Shown here piece after piece: positions 25,243 through 35,085 of a DNA stretch of 64,000 nucleotides (positions within the stretch are counted from its first letter, which is position 1; each line of letters starts with the position of its first letter). A program made the translations under genes and the position numbers. This DNA comes from an uncultured Gemmatimonadales bacterium (GTDB taxonomy: Bacteria > Gemmatimonadota > Gemmatimonadetes > Gemmatimonadales > GWC2-71-9). The notes beneath the pieces are model-generated. The model had not been told where the DNA came from. It ran no database searches and saw only the letters and a list, made by a program, of their open reading frames with translations. Where the stretch lies: the NCBI GenBank assembly GCA_963828735.1, contig CAWHFW010000005.1:128001-192000 (forward strand), given 5' to 3'.

Positions 25243-25271
25243 AATATGCGCGGCCGGAGGTTGGGATTCAA
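25243..25271 (-). promoter_or_regulatory. Candidate promoter giving a near-leaderless rrf2 transcript
   Basis: TTGAAT-17 nt-CATATT ending 7 nt before the ATG; no SD sequence. Confidence 0.45.
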
Positions 25272-25289
25272 TGGCCGCGCGGCGTCGCC

Positions 25290-26090
25290 TTAGCGCTTAT
25301 CCGCCGAGGTCCAGCGCGCCACTTCCTCCGCACTCAGCGAGCCGTAAGGGCGGATGCGGGCATCGCGAAAGCTGCCGCCGAACACATCGCCGAGATACTG
25401 CGACCAGGACAGGAGCGTGCCGTAGCAGACCGGATCCTCGGCGTCCGGCGCATCGACCTCGGTGGCCACCCGGCCCAGCAGCTCATGCATGAGCCAGCCT
25501 GGCACGCGCGAGCGGGCGCTCGGGAAGATGAAGCCGAACAGGACCAGGTGCGTCAGCAGTACGCGCCAGTGCGCGCCGAACCGCTCCAGCAACCGGTACC
25601 AGTCGAGGCGGTCCCCGTAGGCCAGGATGATGTGCGCCACATCGGCCCCGTCGAATCGTTCGCGTTCCATGACGAACGCCTTGGACCAGATGCTCTCTTC
25701 GGCGGGTGCGACCAGCACGTTGAGGCCAAGCACGTTCTGCTCGGTCGCGTGGTCGAACCACGGGTCGTCCACGACGGCGATCCCGTTTCCCGAGCTGAAG
25801 ATCACGTCGATGAATCCGTCGGAAGACCGCACCTTGGCCAGCCAGTGCGAGAACACGAGCTCGGCCTCGTATCCCGCCGCCGCGCATACCTCGAGCAGAC
25901 GGTGCACGTCGGCGGGCCGTACGAAGATGTCGAGGTCCTTGGTCGAACGGTCGATGCCCGCCTGGTGCACGAAGGCGAATGCCCCGCCGACCAGGAAGGG
26001 AACATCACCGCGTCTCAGGACCTCCATCGCCTGCCGGTAGAAGGCGCGCGAGGGGGTTTCGACCAAGGACTGGGTAGGCGCGAGGGCCAT
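25290..26090 (-). CDS. Uncharacterised nucleotidyltransferase-family protein
   Basis: FLVGGAFA..STKDLDIFV (GG..DxD minimal NTase motif), FIDVIF, ERFDGAD; GGAGG RBS. Confidence 0.8.
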   Translation of the reverse strand: MALAPTQSLVETPSRAFYRQAMEVLRRGDVPFLVGGAFAFVHQAGIDRSTKDLDIFVRPADVHRLLEVCAAAGYEAELVFSHWLAKVRSSDGFIDVIFSSGNGIAVVDDPWFDHATEQNVLGLNVLVAPAEESIWSKAFVMERERFDGADVAHIILAYGDRLDWYRLLERFGAHWRVLLTHLVLFGFIFPSARSRVPGWLMHELLGRVATEVDAPDAEDPVCYGTLLSWSQYLGDVFGGSFRDARIRPYGSLSAEEVARWTSADKR

Positions 26091-26188
26091 GGCGCTGCCT
26101 CCTGGATCGGCTAGCATAACTGCTGTCCCGCCGGGGGGTTGTGGCCGGGATCACCGCTCGGCCCTCCGTCGCCGGATTGATTGGGCGT

Positions 26189-26947
26189 ATGGCCAAGTCC
26201 TCACAGACGGTTCGGATCGCCGCGGTGGCCGACCTCCATTTCGGCCGAACAGGTTACGGTCCGCCGCTCCGGGCACTCTTCGACGGCCTCGGGGAGCGGG
26301 CGGACGTGCTCGCGATCTGCGGCGACCTCACCGATACCGGCGACCCCGAGGAGGCCCGGGGGCTCGCCAGGGTGCTCGGCGGGGCCACCGTGCCCACGGT
26401 GGCCGTGCTCGGGAACCACGACTACGAGTCGGGGAAGGTCGCCGAGCTGAGCCGGATCCTGTGCGACGTGGGTGTGCACGTGCTCGATGGGAGCACGTTC
26501 GAAATACGCGGGGTCGGGTTCGCGGGGGTGAAGGGGTTCGCCGGCGGATTCGGGCGGCGGGCCCTGGGCCCGTGGGGGGAGGAGACGATCAAGCTCTTCG
26601 TACAGGAGGCGTTGAACGAGGCACTCAAGCTGGAGACCGCGCTGGCCAAGATCCGTGCCTCCCGCCGCGTCGTGCTGATGCACTATTCGCCGGTCGAGAG
26701 CACCGTGGAGGGGGAGCCGAAGGAGATCTATCCGTACCTCGGCTCGAGCCGGCTCGAGGAGCCGCTCACCCGCTATCCGGTCGACGCCGTCTTCCACGGC
26801 CACGCGCATCACGGCGCGCCCGAGGGACGTACGAAGACCGGCGTGCCGGTCTACAACGTCTCGATCAATCTGCTCCAGCGCGTGCACCCCGACGGCTGGC
26901 CGGTGCGGCTGCTCGAGCTCGCCGTGGACGGGGAGGGGCCCGCCTGA
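26189..26947 (+). CDS. Calcineurin-like metallophosphoesterase
   Basis: ADLH, GDLTD, LGNHD, MHY, HGHAH. Confidence 0.92.
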   Translation: MAKSSQTVRIAAVADLHFGRTGYGPPLRALFDGLGERADVLAICGDLTDTGDPEEARGLARVLGGATVPTVAVLGNHDYESGKVAELSRILCDVGVHVLDGSTFEIRGVGFAGVKGFAGGFGRRALGPWGEETIKLFVQEALNEALKLETALAKIRASRRVVLMHYSPVESTVEGEPKEIYPYLGSSRLEEPLTRYPVDAVFHGHAHHGAPEGRTKTGVPVYNVSINLLQRVHPDGWPVRLLELAVDGEGPA

Positions 26948-28373
26948 TCACCCGCCCCCGGGAATCCCCTTCCCGCCCGGCACGCCGAGCTCGGTCATCG
27001 CCCGAAGGTTCAGAATCTCGTCGAGCTCGCGACCCGCGAGCAGCTCTTTCTTCACCACCAGCTCCTTGACCGTGAGCCCGGTGGCGATCGCCTCTTTCGC
27101 CAGCTTGGCCGCCTCGGCGTAGCCGATCTTCGGCGCGAGGGCCGTGACCAGCGCCGGGCTCCGCTCGAGCCAGTACGCGCACTGCCGTTCGTCGGCCTCG
27201 ATCCCGTCGACGCACCGCTCGGCCAGGACACGGCTCGCGTTGCCCACGATCTGGAGGCCGAACACGATGTTGTGGGTGATGACCGGCATCATCACGTTGA
27301 GCTCGAGCTGTCCGGCCTCCGCCGCCAGCGCCACGGTGGTGTCGAGACCGAGGGCCTGGAAGCACACCTGGTTCACCATCTCGGCGATCGAGGGATTCAC
27401 CTTGCCCGGCATGATGCTCGATCCCGGCTGCACGGCCGGGAGCATGATCTCGGCCAGCCCGGTGCGCGGGCCGGACGCGAGCAGCCGGATGTCGTTGGCG
27501 ATCTTGTTGAGGTCGAGCACGTACGCCCGGAACGCACCGCTGCAGCGTGGCGATGTCGCCCATGCGACTGCATGAGCTGGATCCGGTCGCGCGCTTCGCG
27601 GAGGTCGAGCCCGCTCACCTCGGCGAGGTACTTCACCATCAGCGACGGGATAGATGGGCTCGGCGTTGAGGCCGGTGCCCACCGCAGTGCCGCCGATGTT
27701 CAGCTCGCGGAGCCAGTCCGCCGCCTGCGCGAGCTTCTCGCGATGGCGCTGCACCGTGTGCCCGTAGGCGGTGAACTCCTGGCCCAGTCGGATGGGCGTG
27801 GCATCCTGCAGGTGCGTGCGGCCCGACTTGATGATGTCGTCGAACGCCGTGCCCTTGGCCAGCAGCGAGGTCGGCGAGGACATCGAGCGCGCCGAGAACG
27901 GACGGAAGCGTGGCCAGCATCGCGAGCCGCATCGCCGTGGGGATCACGTCGTTGGTGCTCTGGGCCATGTTGACGTGATCGTTCGGGTGGACCGGCGCGT
28001 ACACGCCGCGCGCACCGCCGAGAATCTCGTTGGCCCGGTTCGCGAGCACCTCGTTAACGTTCATGTTGTGGCTCGTGCCCGCGCCCGCCTGGTACACGTC
28101 CACGATGAACTGGTCGCGATGCCGCCCGCCGAGCACTTCGTCGGCCGCCTGCACGATGGCGTCGGCCAGGCGGTGCCTCGAGTCGGCCGGTCTCCTTGTG
28201 CGTGAGCGCCGCCGAGCGCTTGATCCAGACCACCGCGTCCACGAAAGCGGCAGCGGACGCAGGCCGGAGATCGGGAAATTCTCGGCGGCGCGCAGCGTCT
28301 GGATGCCGTACAGCGCGTCCTCGGGGACGGCCTTTTCGCCCAGGGGATCACGTTCGATGCGGGGGCTGGTCAT
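26948..28373 (-). CDS. aspA: Aspartate ammonia-lyase (fumarase superfamily), several frameshifts in this sequence
   Basis: Pieces in different frames: LYGIQTLRAAENF, QAGAGTSHNMN, QSTNDV, GRTHLQDATP, GSSIMPGKVNP; five or more frame switches. Confidence 0.8.
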
Positions 28374-28463
28374 GGTCGGGGCGGTCCTGTGGGCATCGAG
28401 TGGGGCGGTGAGCATGCACGCGGAGCGACGGGAATGATACCGGGCGCGGAGGGCCGACAACCG

Positions 28464-28789
28464 ATGAGCGACCATTTCCGCCAGATCTCCGACGCCGCGG
28501 CGTTCGACGCCGACCGGGCTACCAAGGCCGACCTGTTCCGCGGCGGGCACCTGTTCGCTCGGGCTCAACTGCTTCGAGCCGGGGCAGGCACAGCACATGC
28601 ACGCGCACGCCGGAGCGGACAAGTTCTACTTCGTGCTCAGCGGGCAGGCGCGAATGACGGTGGGCGATGAAACGCGGGAGGCCGAGGCCGGGCACGGTGG
28701 TGTGGGCGCCGGCCGATGTGCCGCACGGCGTCGACGAGGCGCTGGAGCGGACGGTGCTGCTAGTGGGGATCGCCCCACCGCCCGGCTAG
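28464..28789 (+). CDS. Cupin domain protein (frameshifted)
   Basis: Joined frames: MSDHFRQ..GLNCFEPGQAQHMHAH..KFYFVLSG..ADVPHGV. Confidence 0.7.
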
Positions 28790-29648
28790 CTGCCGGAGCG
28801 CCGGGCCCACCCCTGTAGACTGCGAGCCGGCCGTAGTGCGGATGCAGCCAGACGCCGAGCACCACACCGACGCCGTTGGCGTAGATCCGCCAGGCCAGCA
28901 GCAGCCAGCCTTCGTCGGCGCCGAGATCGCCGGCGGCGCCTCCGAGGAAGCCGAGCTCCACCGCACCCGCGCCCGAGGGCGTGGGCAGGATGAGTTGGCG
29001 TAGAGCAGCGCGAACGAGCCCAACGCGAGGGGGCCCATCGGCGGCGGATCGGGCAGCGTGAGCGCCAGGACGGGCAGGATGGCCACGCGCGTGACCAGGT
29101 TGACGAAGGGTCAGCGGCACGCTCGCGACGAGCGGCCATCGCGGCATCCGCCGCCAGTAGACCATCGCGCGTCGGACCGGGCGACGGAGCTGGCGGGCCG
29201 CCGGCGACCCCACCATCCTCCGCGCCGATCGCCACGCGAGCAGGCTCAGGATCGCCACCACCAGCACCCACGGCCACGCCCCCGCTGCCGCGGTGGTGAG
29301 TCGGGGCCCCGCCTCGTGCCACCATTCCGGCGCGTACTGCCACGCGAGCCACCCCGAGGCCAGGATGATCACGGGCCAGGCGGCCAGGACCTCGAGGCTG
29401 ATCGCCACGAACGCCGCCGGTGCGGGCACGCGGCTCCGCAGCATCCCCGCCAGCCGCGCGGGCTCCCCGCCGATGCGCAGCGGCGTGAGTGCGCACGCGG
29501 CGTCGCCGAAGGCGTTCAGCACGAACGAGTCCCAGAGCGACATCCGGTGGCCGAGCCCCTTCACGATCCACTGGATCCGCCAGGCACGCGCCAGGAGATC
29601 GGCGGCCACCAAGCCGACGCAGATCAGATGCGCATGCAGCGGCGTCAT
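28790..29648 (-). CDS. Lysylphosphatidylglycerol-synthase TM / flippase-like membrane protein (frameshifted, 3' end uncertain)
   Basis: RAWR, LTPLRIGGEP, PTPSGAGAVE, LLAWR motifs; hydrophobic. Confidence 0.7.
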
Positions 29649-30364
29649 CCGCGGAGCGCGGTATAGGTGACGGGGCGGTGACGCGCGAGCCAGCGGTCGA
29701 GGGTGGGGCCGATCGACGCCGCCGTCGCGGGGTGCGCGAGGTCCTGGGGATGCAGGGCAATCCGCGCGAGCGGCGCGCCGCCCTGGAGGGTCCAGCGGGC
29801 CCGGGCGACGGCCACGGAGCCCCACGCGCGAACCGGGCTTCGCGCGCTCCAGCGGACGGCCGGCGCCGGGACTCGACGCCCGGACGGGAACAGATGGATC
29901 ACGCGGTCGTCCTCGCTGAAGGCGAGGCCCGTACCGCCCGCGGCGCGATGGACGTCGTCGTGCGCGAGCCAGGCGGGCGGCACGAAGCCGACGGGCTCCA
30001 GGCCCAGGGCCTGGAGTCGCGCGCGACCGCGCACGATGCGCTCGCGGGCGGCGGGCCCGTCCAGGGTCAGGAACTCGCCTTCCCGCGCCGTCCGCCCCCA
30101 GGCACGAAGCGTATCGACGAGTCGACGCGGCGCACCCGCCTCATCGTGGCGTTCGCCATGGAGCACGATCTCGGCGCCGTCGTCCGCGCGAGCCCGAAGC
30201 CACGCGACAAACGCGGCGTGCCTCTCGAGCGGCCATTCGCCATGCCAGTCGGGAACGACCAGCAGAGCGGGTCTGAGCCCCCGCGCGACGCACAGCGCCC
30301 ACAGACGCTCGACCCCAGTCGCGTGCGCCGGCGTCACGTCGTGAATGGAGACGAGCAGGCTCAC
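29645..30364 (-). CDS. Polysaccharide deacetylase-like protein (DUF2334 type)
   Basis: VSIHDV, IVLHGERH, GEF, GFVPPAW, RIALHP. Confidence 0.8.
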   Translation of the reverse strand: MSLLVSIHDVTPAHATGVERLWALCVARGLRPALLVVPDWHGEWPLERHAAFVAWLRARADDGAEIVLHGERHDEAGAPRRLVDTLRAWGRTAREGEFLTLDGPAARERIVRGRARLQALGLEPVGFVPPAWLAHDDVHRAAGGTGLAFSEDDRVIHLFPSGRRVPAPAVRWSARSPVRAWGSVAVARARWTLQGGAPLARIALHPQDLAHPATAASIGPTLDRWLARHRPVTYTALRG

Positions 30365-31629
30365 GTCCGGAGAATGTCCCGGTATATGCCGAAGATCCGG
30401 TCGAGCGCGGCGTCCCAGCCGTGGTACGTCTCCGCGTACCGCCGCCCCACGGCGCCCAACTCGGCGAGGTTGCCCTTGAGGAGGTATTCCGCCTGCTCGG
30501 CGAGGGCGCCAGCGTCACCGGAGGCGAACAGGGCGCCGGCCCCCGAGCGGCCCACGGTTTCCGCGACGCCGCCGCGGTCGGCGGCGAGCACCGGGGTTCC
30601 GCACGCCAGCGCCTCGATGGCCGACAGGCCGGCGGTCTCGGTCGAGGAGGGTGCCACCGCGAGGTCCGCCGCGGCGAACAGTGCCGCGACGCGCTCGCGG
30701 TCGTGCTGGAACGGCACCCAGAAGATGCGCTCGCTGCCGGGACACCGGTGGAGACGCCGTCTCGCCGGGCCATCGCCCACGACGGCGAGCCGCGCGCCCG
30801 TGCGTCGCTCGACCTCCGGCCAGGCGGCGAGCAGCAGGTCCACCTCCTTGTCGCCGGCCAGCCGCCCGACGTACATCGCGAGCGGGCCCTCCGGCAGGCC
30901 GTGACGCCGTCTGGTGTCGGCGGCCTGCTCGCGATAGCGTGGATGGAATTGCAGCAGGTCGACGCCGAGCGACACGCGGACGACCCGCTCCACGCCCACC
31001 CGCTCGAGCTCCTGCGCCATGTGATCCGAGGGCGCGAGCGTGGCGCGCACCATACGTCCCAGCCGGCGAACGTACCGCCAGGCGAGCTCCGCCGCCTGGC
31101 GGCGCACCGCCCCCACCCGCTCCGGCCACGGAGCGATGATCCTCGGAAAATTGCTGTGGTAGAACCAGGCCACCGGTACATCGATGCGACGCGTCGCGAG
31201 ATGCACCAGCCACGGCGCGAACCAGGTGCTGCCGACCTCGATCAGGTCCGGCGACTCGTGCGCCACGATTCGGCTGGTCGATCGGGTCGCGAGCATGAAC
31301 CGGTACGGCTTCTGGGTGGGCACGCTGGGGCCATGAAGGCGGTAGCACCGGACACCGCTCGCCTCGAGAATCTCATCGCGCGCTCCGGGCACCACGATCG
31401 CCTGGCGGAGCTCGGGACGGCGCTGCACGTAGCGCGCCTTCTGCAGGAGATAGGTGCGGACGCCTCCGGTGGTCTCCCCGAAGAACTCGGTGATGTCGAG
31501 GACACCGAGGTTGGCGGCGGGACGCAGGCGTGGTGGCAGCTCAAGGCGTGAAATGTCGAGCGAGGCGCGCGCGCCGGCCGGCGCCACCACCTCGAGGTCG
31601 AGCAGGCCTCCCGCGGTGGCGTCAGTCAG
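30361..31629 (-). CDS. Glycosyltransferase family 4 (start uncertain, possibly CTG at 31629)
   Basis: GGVRTY, YVGRLAGDK, VGDGP, ETAGLSAIEALACGTPV. Confidence 0.85.
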   Translation of the reverse strand: MTDATAGGLLDLEVVAPAGARASLDISRLELPPRLRPAANLGVLDITEFFGETTGGVRTYLLQKARYVQRRPELRQAIVVPGARDEILEASGVRCYRLHGPSVPTQKPYRFMLATRSTSRIVAHESPDLIEVGSTWFAPWLVHLATRRIDVPVAWFYHSNFPRIIAPWPERVGAVRRQAAELAWRYVRRLGRMVRATLAPSDHMAQELERVGVERVVRVSLGVDLLQFHPRYREQAADTRRRHGLPEGPLAMYVGRLAGDKEVDLLLAAWPEVERRTGARLAVVGDGPARRRLHRCPGSERIFWVPFQHDRERVAALFAAADLAVAPSSTETAGLSAIEALACGTPVLAADRGGVAETVGRSGAGALFASGDAGALAEQAEYLLKGNLAELGAVGRRYAETYHGWDAALDRIFGIYRDILRT

Positions 31630-31840
31630 AGCAGTCCCCGAGTGGGTACACGGTGCCGCAGTTGGCGCAGGGGTTCTTGCAGCCCCGGGCGCGGAGGGAG
31701 ACCTCGAAGCCGCAGCGGTTGCAGGTCGGGCGAGCGGGTCGACCGGCGATTCCTCGATCGGGGTGCCGGCCGGGCGCGCCATCGTCGGTCCCTTCGATCG
31801 CCCGCCCGTCCGACCCGCGGATCGCCAGCGCGTCACCCAA
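31622..31840 (-). CDS. Small Cys-rich zinc-finger-like protein
   Basis: CNRCG..GCKNPCANCG..GDCSD*; overlaps both neighbouring genes. Confidence 0.6.
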   Translation of the reverse strand: MGDALAIRGSDGRAIEGTDDGAPGRHPDRGIAGRPARPTCNRCGFEVSLRARGCKNPCANCGTVYPLGDCSD

Positions 31841-32480
31841 CGGGAAATGCTCCCGTCAGAAACGGGTTGGTCAGCCGCTCCACGCCGATCGTGGTGTCCG
31901 GGCCGTGCCCGCTGTGGACGACGGTCGAATCGGGGAGCGACAGGAACTGGGATTGGATGGTGCTCATCAGCGTCGCGTAGTCGCCGCCGGGGAGGTCGGT
32001 ACGACCGATCGAGCCATTGAACAGCACGTCGCCGCCGAACACGCGGTCGTGCCCGACGAAGCTCACGCTGCCCGGCGAATGGCCGGGCGTGTACCGCACG
32101 TCGAAGGCGAAGCGACCGACCCGCACCGCCGTGCCCGGCTCGAGGTCCACGTCGGGCGGGGGCGGTGGCTCCAGCTGCATGCCCACCCACGCGCCGAACT
32201 GAGGCAGGGCATCGTAGATCCCGCGGTCGAGCGGATGCAGGTGGATAGGAACGCCGGTGGCTTCCCGGATCGCGCCGACGCCCAGAATGTGGTCCACGTG
32301 CGCGTGCGTCAGCCAGATCGCCCGGAGATGCCAGGCGCGAGTATCGAGCTCGGCGAGAAACATCGCGGGCTCTTCACCCGGATCGATGATGACCGCCTCT
32401 CGGGTTTTGCGGTCGGCCACGAGATAGCAGTTTTCGGCGAACTGCCCGTTGGCAAGCGACACCACCTCCAGCTCAGACAC
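31833..32480 (-). CDS. MBL-fold metallo-hydrolase (glyoxalase II/YcbL-like)
   Basis: THAHVDH, TPGHSPG, GDVLF, SGHGPDTTIG. Confidence 0.93.
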   Translation of the reverse strand: MSELEVVSLANGQFAENCYLVADRKTREAVIIDPGEEPAMFLAELDTRAWHLRAIWLTHAHVDHILGVGAIREATGVPIHLHPLDRGIYDALPQFGAWVGMQLEPPPPPDVDLEPGTAVRVGRFAFDVRYTPGHSPGSVSFVGHDRVFGGDVLFNGSIGRTDLPGGDYATLMSTIQSQFLSLPDSTVVHSGHGPDTTIGVERLTNPFLTGAFPVG

Positions 32481-33438
32481 CGACCTGCGCCCCCACCGCG
32501 CCCGTCCGCCGGTCCTTGAGGAATTTCTCGACCGCGATCGCCGCCGTGGTGGCGTCGCCGACGGCGGTGGTGACCTGCCGGGTCAGCTGGACGCGGAGGT
32601 CACCCGCCGCGAACAGGCCGGGAATGGACGTCATCATGCGGTCGTCCGTGACCAGGTAGCCGCTAGCATCGTGGGTGACGTGCTGGGTCACCAGGCCGGA
32701 GTTGGGGCGGAAGCCGATGAACACGAAGCAGCCGGTCGCCCGGAGGGACTGGCGCTCGCCCGTGACGGTGTCTTCCGTCTCGATGGACTGCAGACCGGCC
32801 GGTCCGCCCTTGAGCTCGAGCACGCGCCGGTTCCAGATCACCTCGATCTTGGGATTCGCGAACAACCGCTCCTGCAGGATCCTGGACGCGCGGAATTCGT
32901 CGCGGCGGTGGATCACGTACACCTTGGCCGCGTAGCGCGTCAGATACTCGGCTTCCTCGACCGCCGCGTCGCCGCCGCCCACCACCGCGATCGTCTCGCC
33001 CTTGAAGAAGGCGCCGTCGCACACCGCGCAGTAGGACACGCCCCGACCCGCATACTCGAGCTCGCCGGGCACCTCGAGCTTGGTGGGCGTGCCGCCCGCC
33101 GTGAGAATCACAGCCGGGGCCTCATACACGGTGCCGTTCGTGGTGCTGACCTCGAAGATGCCGTCCTCGCGCCGGCTGATCGTCTCCACATTCTCCTGCC
33201 GGATGTCGGCGCCGAACACCTTGGCGTGAGCCGCCATCTTGTGCGCGAGCTCGCGGCCGAGGACGTGCTCGAAGCCCGGGTAGTCGTCGATCCATTCCGT
33301 ATTGTTGAGCTCGCCGCCGGGCAGGCCGCGCTCGAGCAGGACCGCCTTGAGCATGCCGCGCCCCGCGTACATGGCGGCACAGAGGCCCGCCGGGCCTCCG
33401 CCCACGATGATCAGCTCGAACTCCTCGGTACGACTCAT
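32473..33438 (-). CDS. trxB: Thioredoxin-disulfide reductase
   Basis: GGGPAG, GVSYCAVCDG, GGGDAA, HRRDEFRA, FAAGD. Confidence 0.95.
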   Translation of the reverse strand: MSRTEEFELIIVGGGPAGLCAAMYAGRGMLKAVLLERGLPGGELNNTEWIDDYPGFEHVLGRELAHKMAAHAKVFGADIRQENVETISRREDGIFEVSTTNGTVYEAPAVILTAGGTPTKLEVPGELEYAGRGVSYCAVCDGAFFKGETIAVVGGGDAAVEEAEYLTRYAAKVYVIHRRDEFRASRILQERLFANPKIEVIWNRRVLELKGGPAGLQSIETEDTVTGERQSLRATGCFVFIGFRPNSGLVTQHVTHDASGYLVTDDRMMTSIPGLFAAGDLRVQLTRQVTTAVGDATTAAIAVEKFLKDRRTGAVGAQVGV

Positions 33439-33599
33439 CGCATCCCCGTCGTGTGGTTGGACAAATATAGAACGCTCAGGGGTTCCCGCACCCGCGTGTC
33501 GCGGCGGCGGCCGCGCACGCCGCCAGGCGCCGAGCACCCGATCGGAACGCCCACCAAGGCCGGCACGCGTACGCTCGTATGCCCTGCGTGGGCAACGTC

Positions 33600-34376
33600 T
33601 TACGAATGGGCCGCCGAGGAGACCGGCGGCCCAAGGTGCAGCAGGCTGGCCGCGCCGTGGCAGGAGGAGATCGTCCCCACGAGCACGTCGGTGGGCTCCA
33701 CCGCAGCGCCGGCCCGCGCCACGACCGTGTCCCCCTCGAGCACGGTCGAGACGTCGAACATGCCCACCCCGTACACGCGGTGACGGCAGGTGAACAGGAC
33801 CGGCCCGGCGGTGGGGGTGTTTCGATTGAGCCGTCGAACGAGCTCCTCCATCGCCTCGGCCATCTCCCAGGTCCGCGGAGCGCGGATCACGGGACAGGTC
33901 GCCGGCTCGATGCAATGGGTGGGACACAGCCAATCGGCGAACGACACATAGCGCGTGCCGTCGGGCGCCCGCACGTCGTACGGCGTGCCGGGGCCCATGG
34001 CGACCGGGTGCGGCTCGACGACGCGCCCGGGCCAGCGCGCGCGTGCGCGCCGGACCAGCCAGTCGTACATCAGATGAGGCATGAGGGGCGACGGTACGAT
34101 GGCGTCCGGAGGGCCCGAGCGATCCACGGCCGCGGCGAGGTAGCGATCGAAGAACGCGCCCCACTCTTCGACGACGATGTCGATGCCGGGCGCGGCGCCG
34201 AGCTCGACCGCCGCCCTGCAGCGGGGATCACGGTCCACCACCAGCAGGCGCTTCCACTCCGCCGCGCCACGCTCGCGGGCCTTGAGAAGCTGGCCCGCGT
34301 AGAAGCGGCCGTAGCAGCCGCCCCCGACGATCACGACGTCGCCGAGCGCGACGCTATCGGATGAGACGGCCGCCAT
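33600..34376 (-). CDS. Hypothetical protein with Rossmann-like N-terminus and Cys/His-rich C-terminus
   Basis: VIVGGGCYG; CPTHCIEPATCP, CRH, SCHG. Confidence 0.7.
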   Translation of the reverse strand: MAAVSSDSVALGDVVIVGGGCYGRFYAGQLLKARERGAAEWKRLLVVDRDPRCRAAVELGAAPGIDIVVEEWGAFFDRYLAAAVDRSGPPDAIVPSPLMPHLMYDWLVRRARARWPGRVVEPHPVAMGPGTPYDVRAPDGTRYVSFADWLCPTHCIEPATCPVIRAPRTWEMAEAMEELVRRLNRNTPTAGPVLFTCRHRVYGVGMFDVSTVLEGDTVVARAGAAVEPTDVLVGTISSCHGAASLLHLGPPVSSAAHS

Positions 34377-35085
34377 CCACTACCAACACCTCCCCCGTCA
34401 CATAATCGCCGCCCTCGAGCAGGTAGAGCAATGCGGCGGTCGCATCGGCAGGTGTGCCCAGCCGTTCGAGCGGCGTCGTGCGCGCGAGGCGCTCGCGCTC
34501 GTCCGCGTCGTACTCCTCCGGCACCAGCACGGCGCCCGGCGCGATGGCGTTCACCGTGACCTCGGGGGCGAGCGCACGGGCGAGCACGCGCGTCAGCATC
34601 ACCACCCCGGCCTTGCTGACCGAATGCGCGGCGAAGCCGGGCCAGGCCTCGAGGCCGCTCAGATCCGCCAGGTTGACCACCTTGCCGCGAGCCGCCCGCA
34701 GGGCCGGCGCCGCGCCCTGGGTGCAGAAGAAGACCGACCGGAGGTTCAGGCTCAACACCGCATCGTACAGCGCGGGGGTCGTGTCCTCGAACGAGACCCG
34801 GTGCATCACCGCCGCCGAGTTGACGAGCACGTCGAGGCCGCCCAGCTCCGCCACCACGCGACGAGGGAGCTCGGCCGCGGCGGCCGCATCGGTGAGGTCC
34901 GCCGCGAAGCAAGCGGCACGACCGCCCGCGGCGGTGATCTCGTCGCGGAGCGCCGTCGCGCCTGCGCCCGAGCGGTGATGATGGATGGCCACGGTCATGC
35001 CGCGCGAGGCGAGGGCGCGTGCCATCGCCTGACCCAGCCGGCGACCGGCGCCGGTCACCAGCGCGATCCGGCCCGGAAGCTCCAT
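34354..35085 (-). CDS. SDR oxidoreductase, pteridine reductase/FolM-like
   Basis: TGAGRRLG, LVNSA, HSVSK in place of YxxxK, VNAIAPG. Confidence 0.8.
   Translation of the reverse strand: MELPGRIALVTGAGRRLGQAMARALASRGMTVAIHHHRSGAGATALRDEITAAGGRAACFAADLTDAAAAAELPRRVVAELGGLDVLVNSAAVMHRVSFEDTTPALYDAVLSLNLRSVFFCTQGAAPALRAARGKVVNLADLSGLEAWPGFAAHSVSKAGVVMLTRVLARALAPEVTVNAIAPGAVLVPEEYDADERERLARTTPLERLGTPADATAALLYLLEGGDYVTGEVLVVDGGRLIR

Noticed and set aside
26948..28373. aspA, hppA and ino1 as pseudogenes or programmed frameshifts
   Set aside because: The shifts are many, clustered by region and lack obvious slippery sites, while catalytic motifs are intact; assembly error is simpler.
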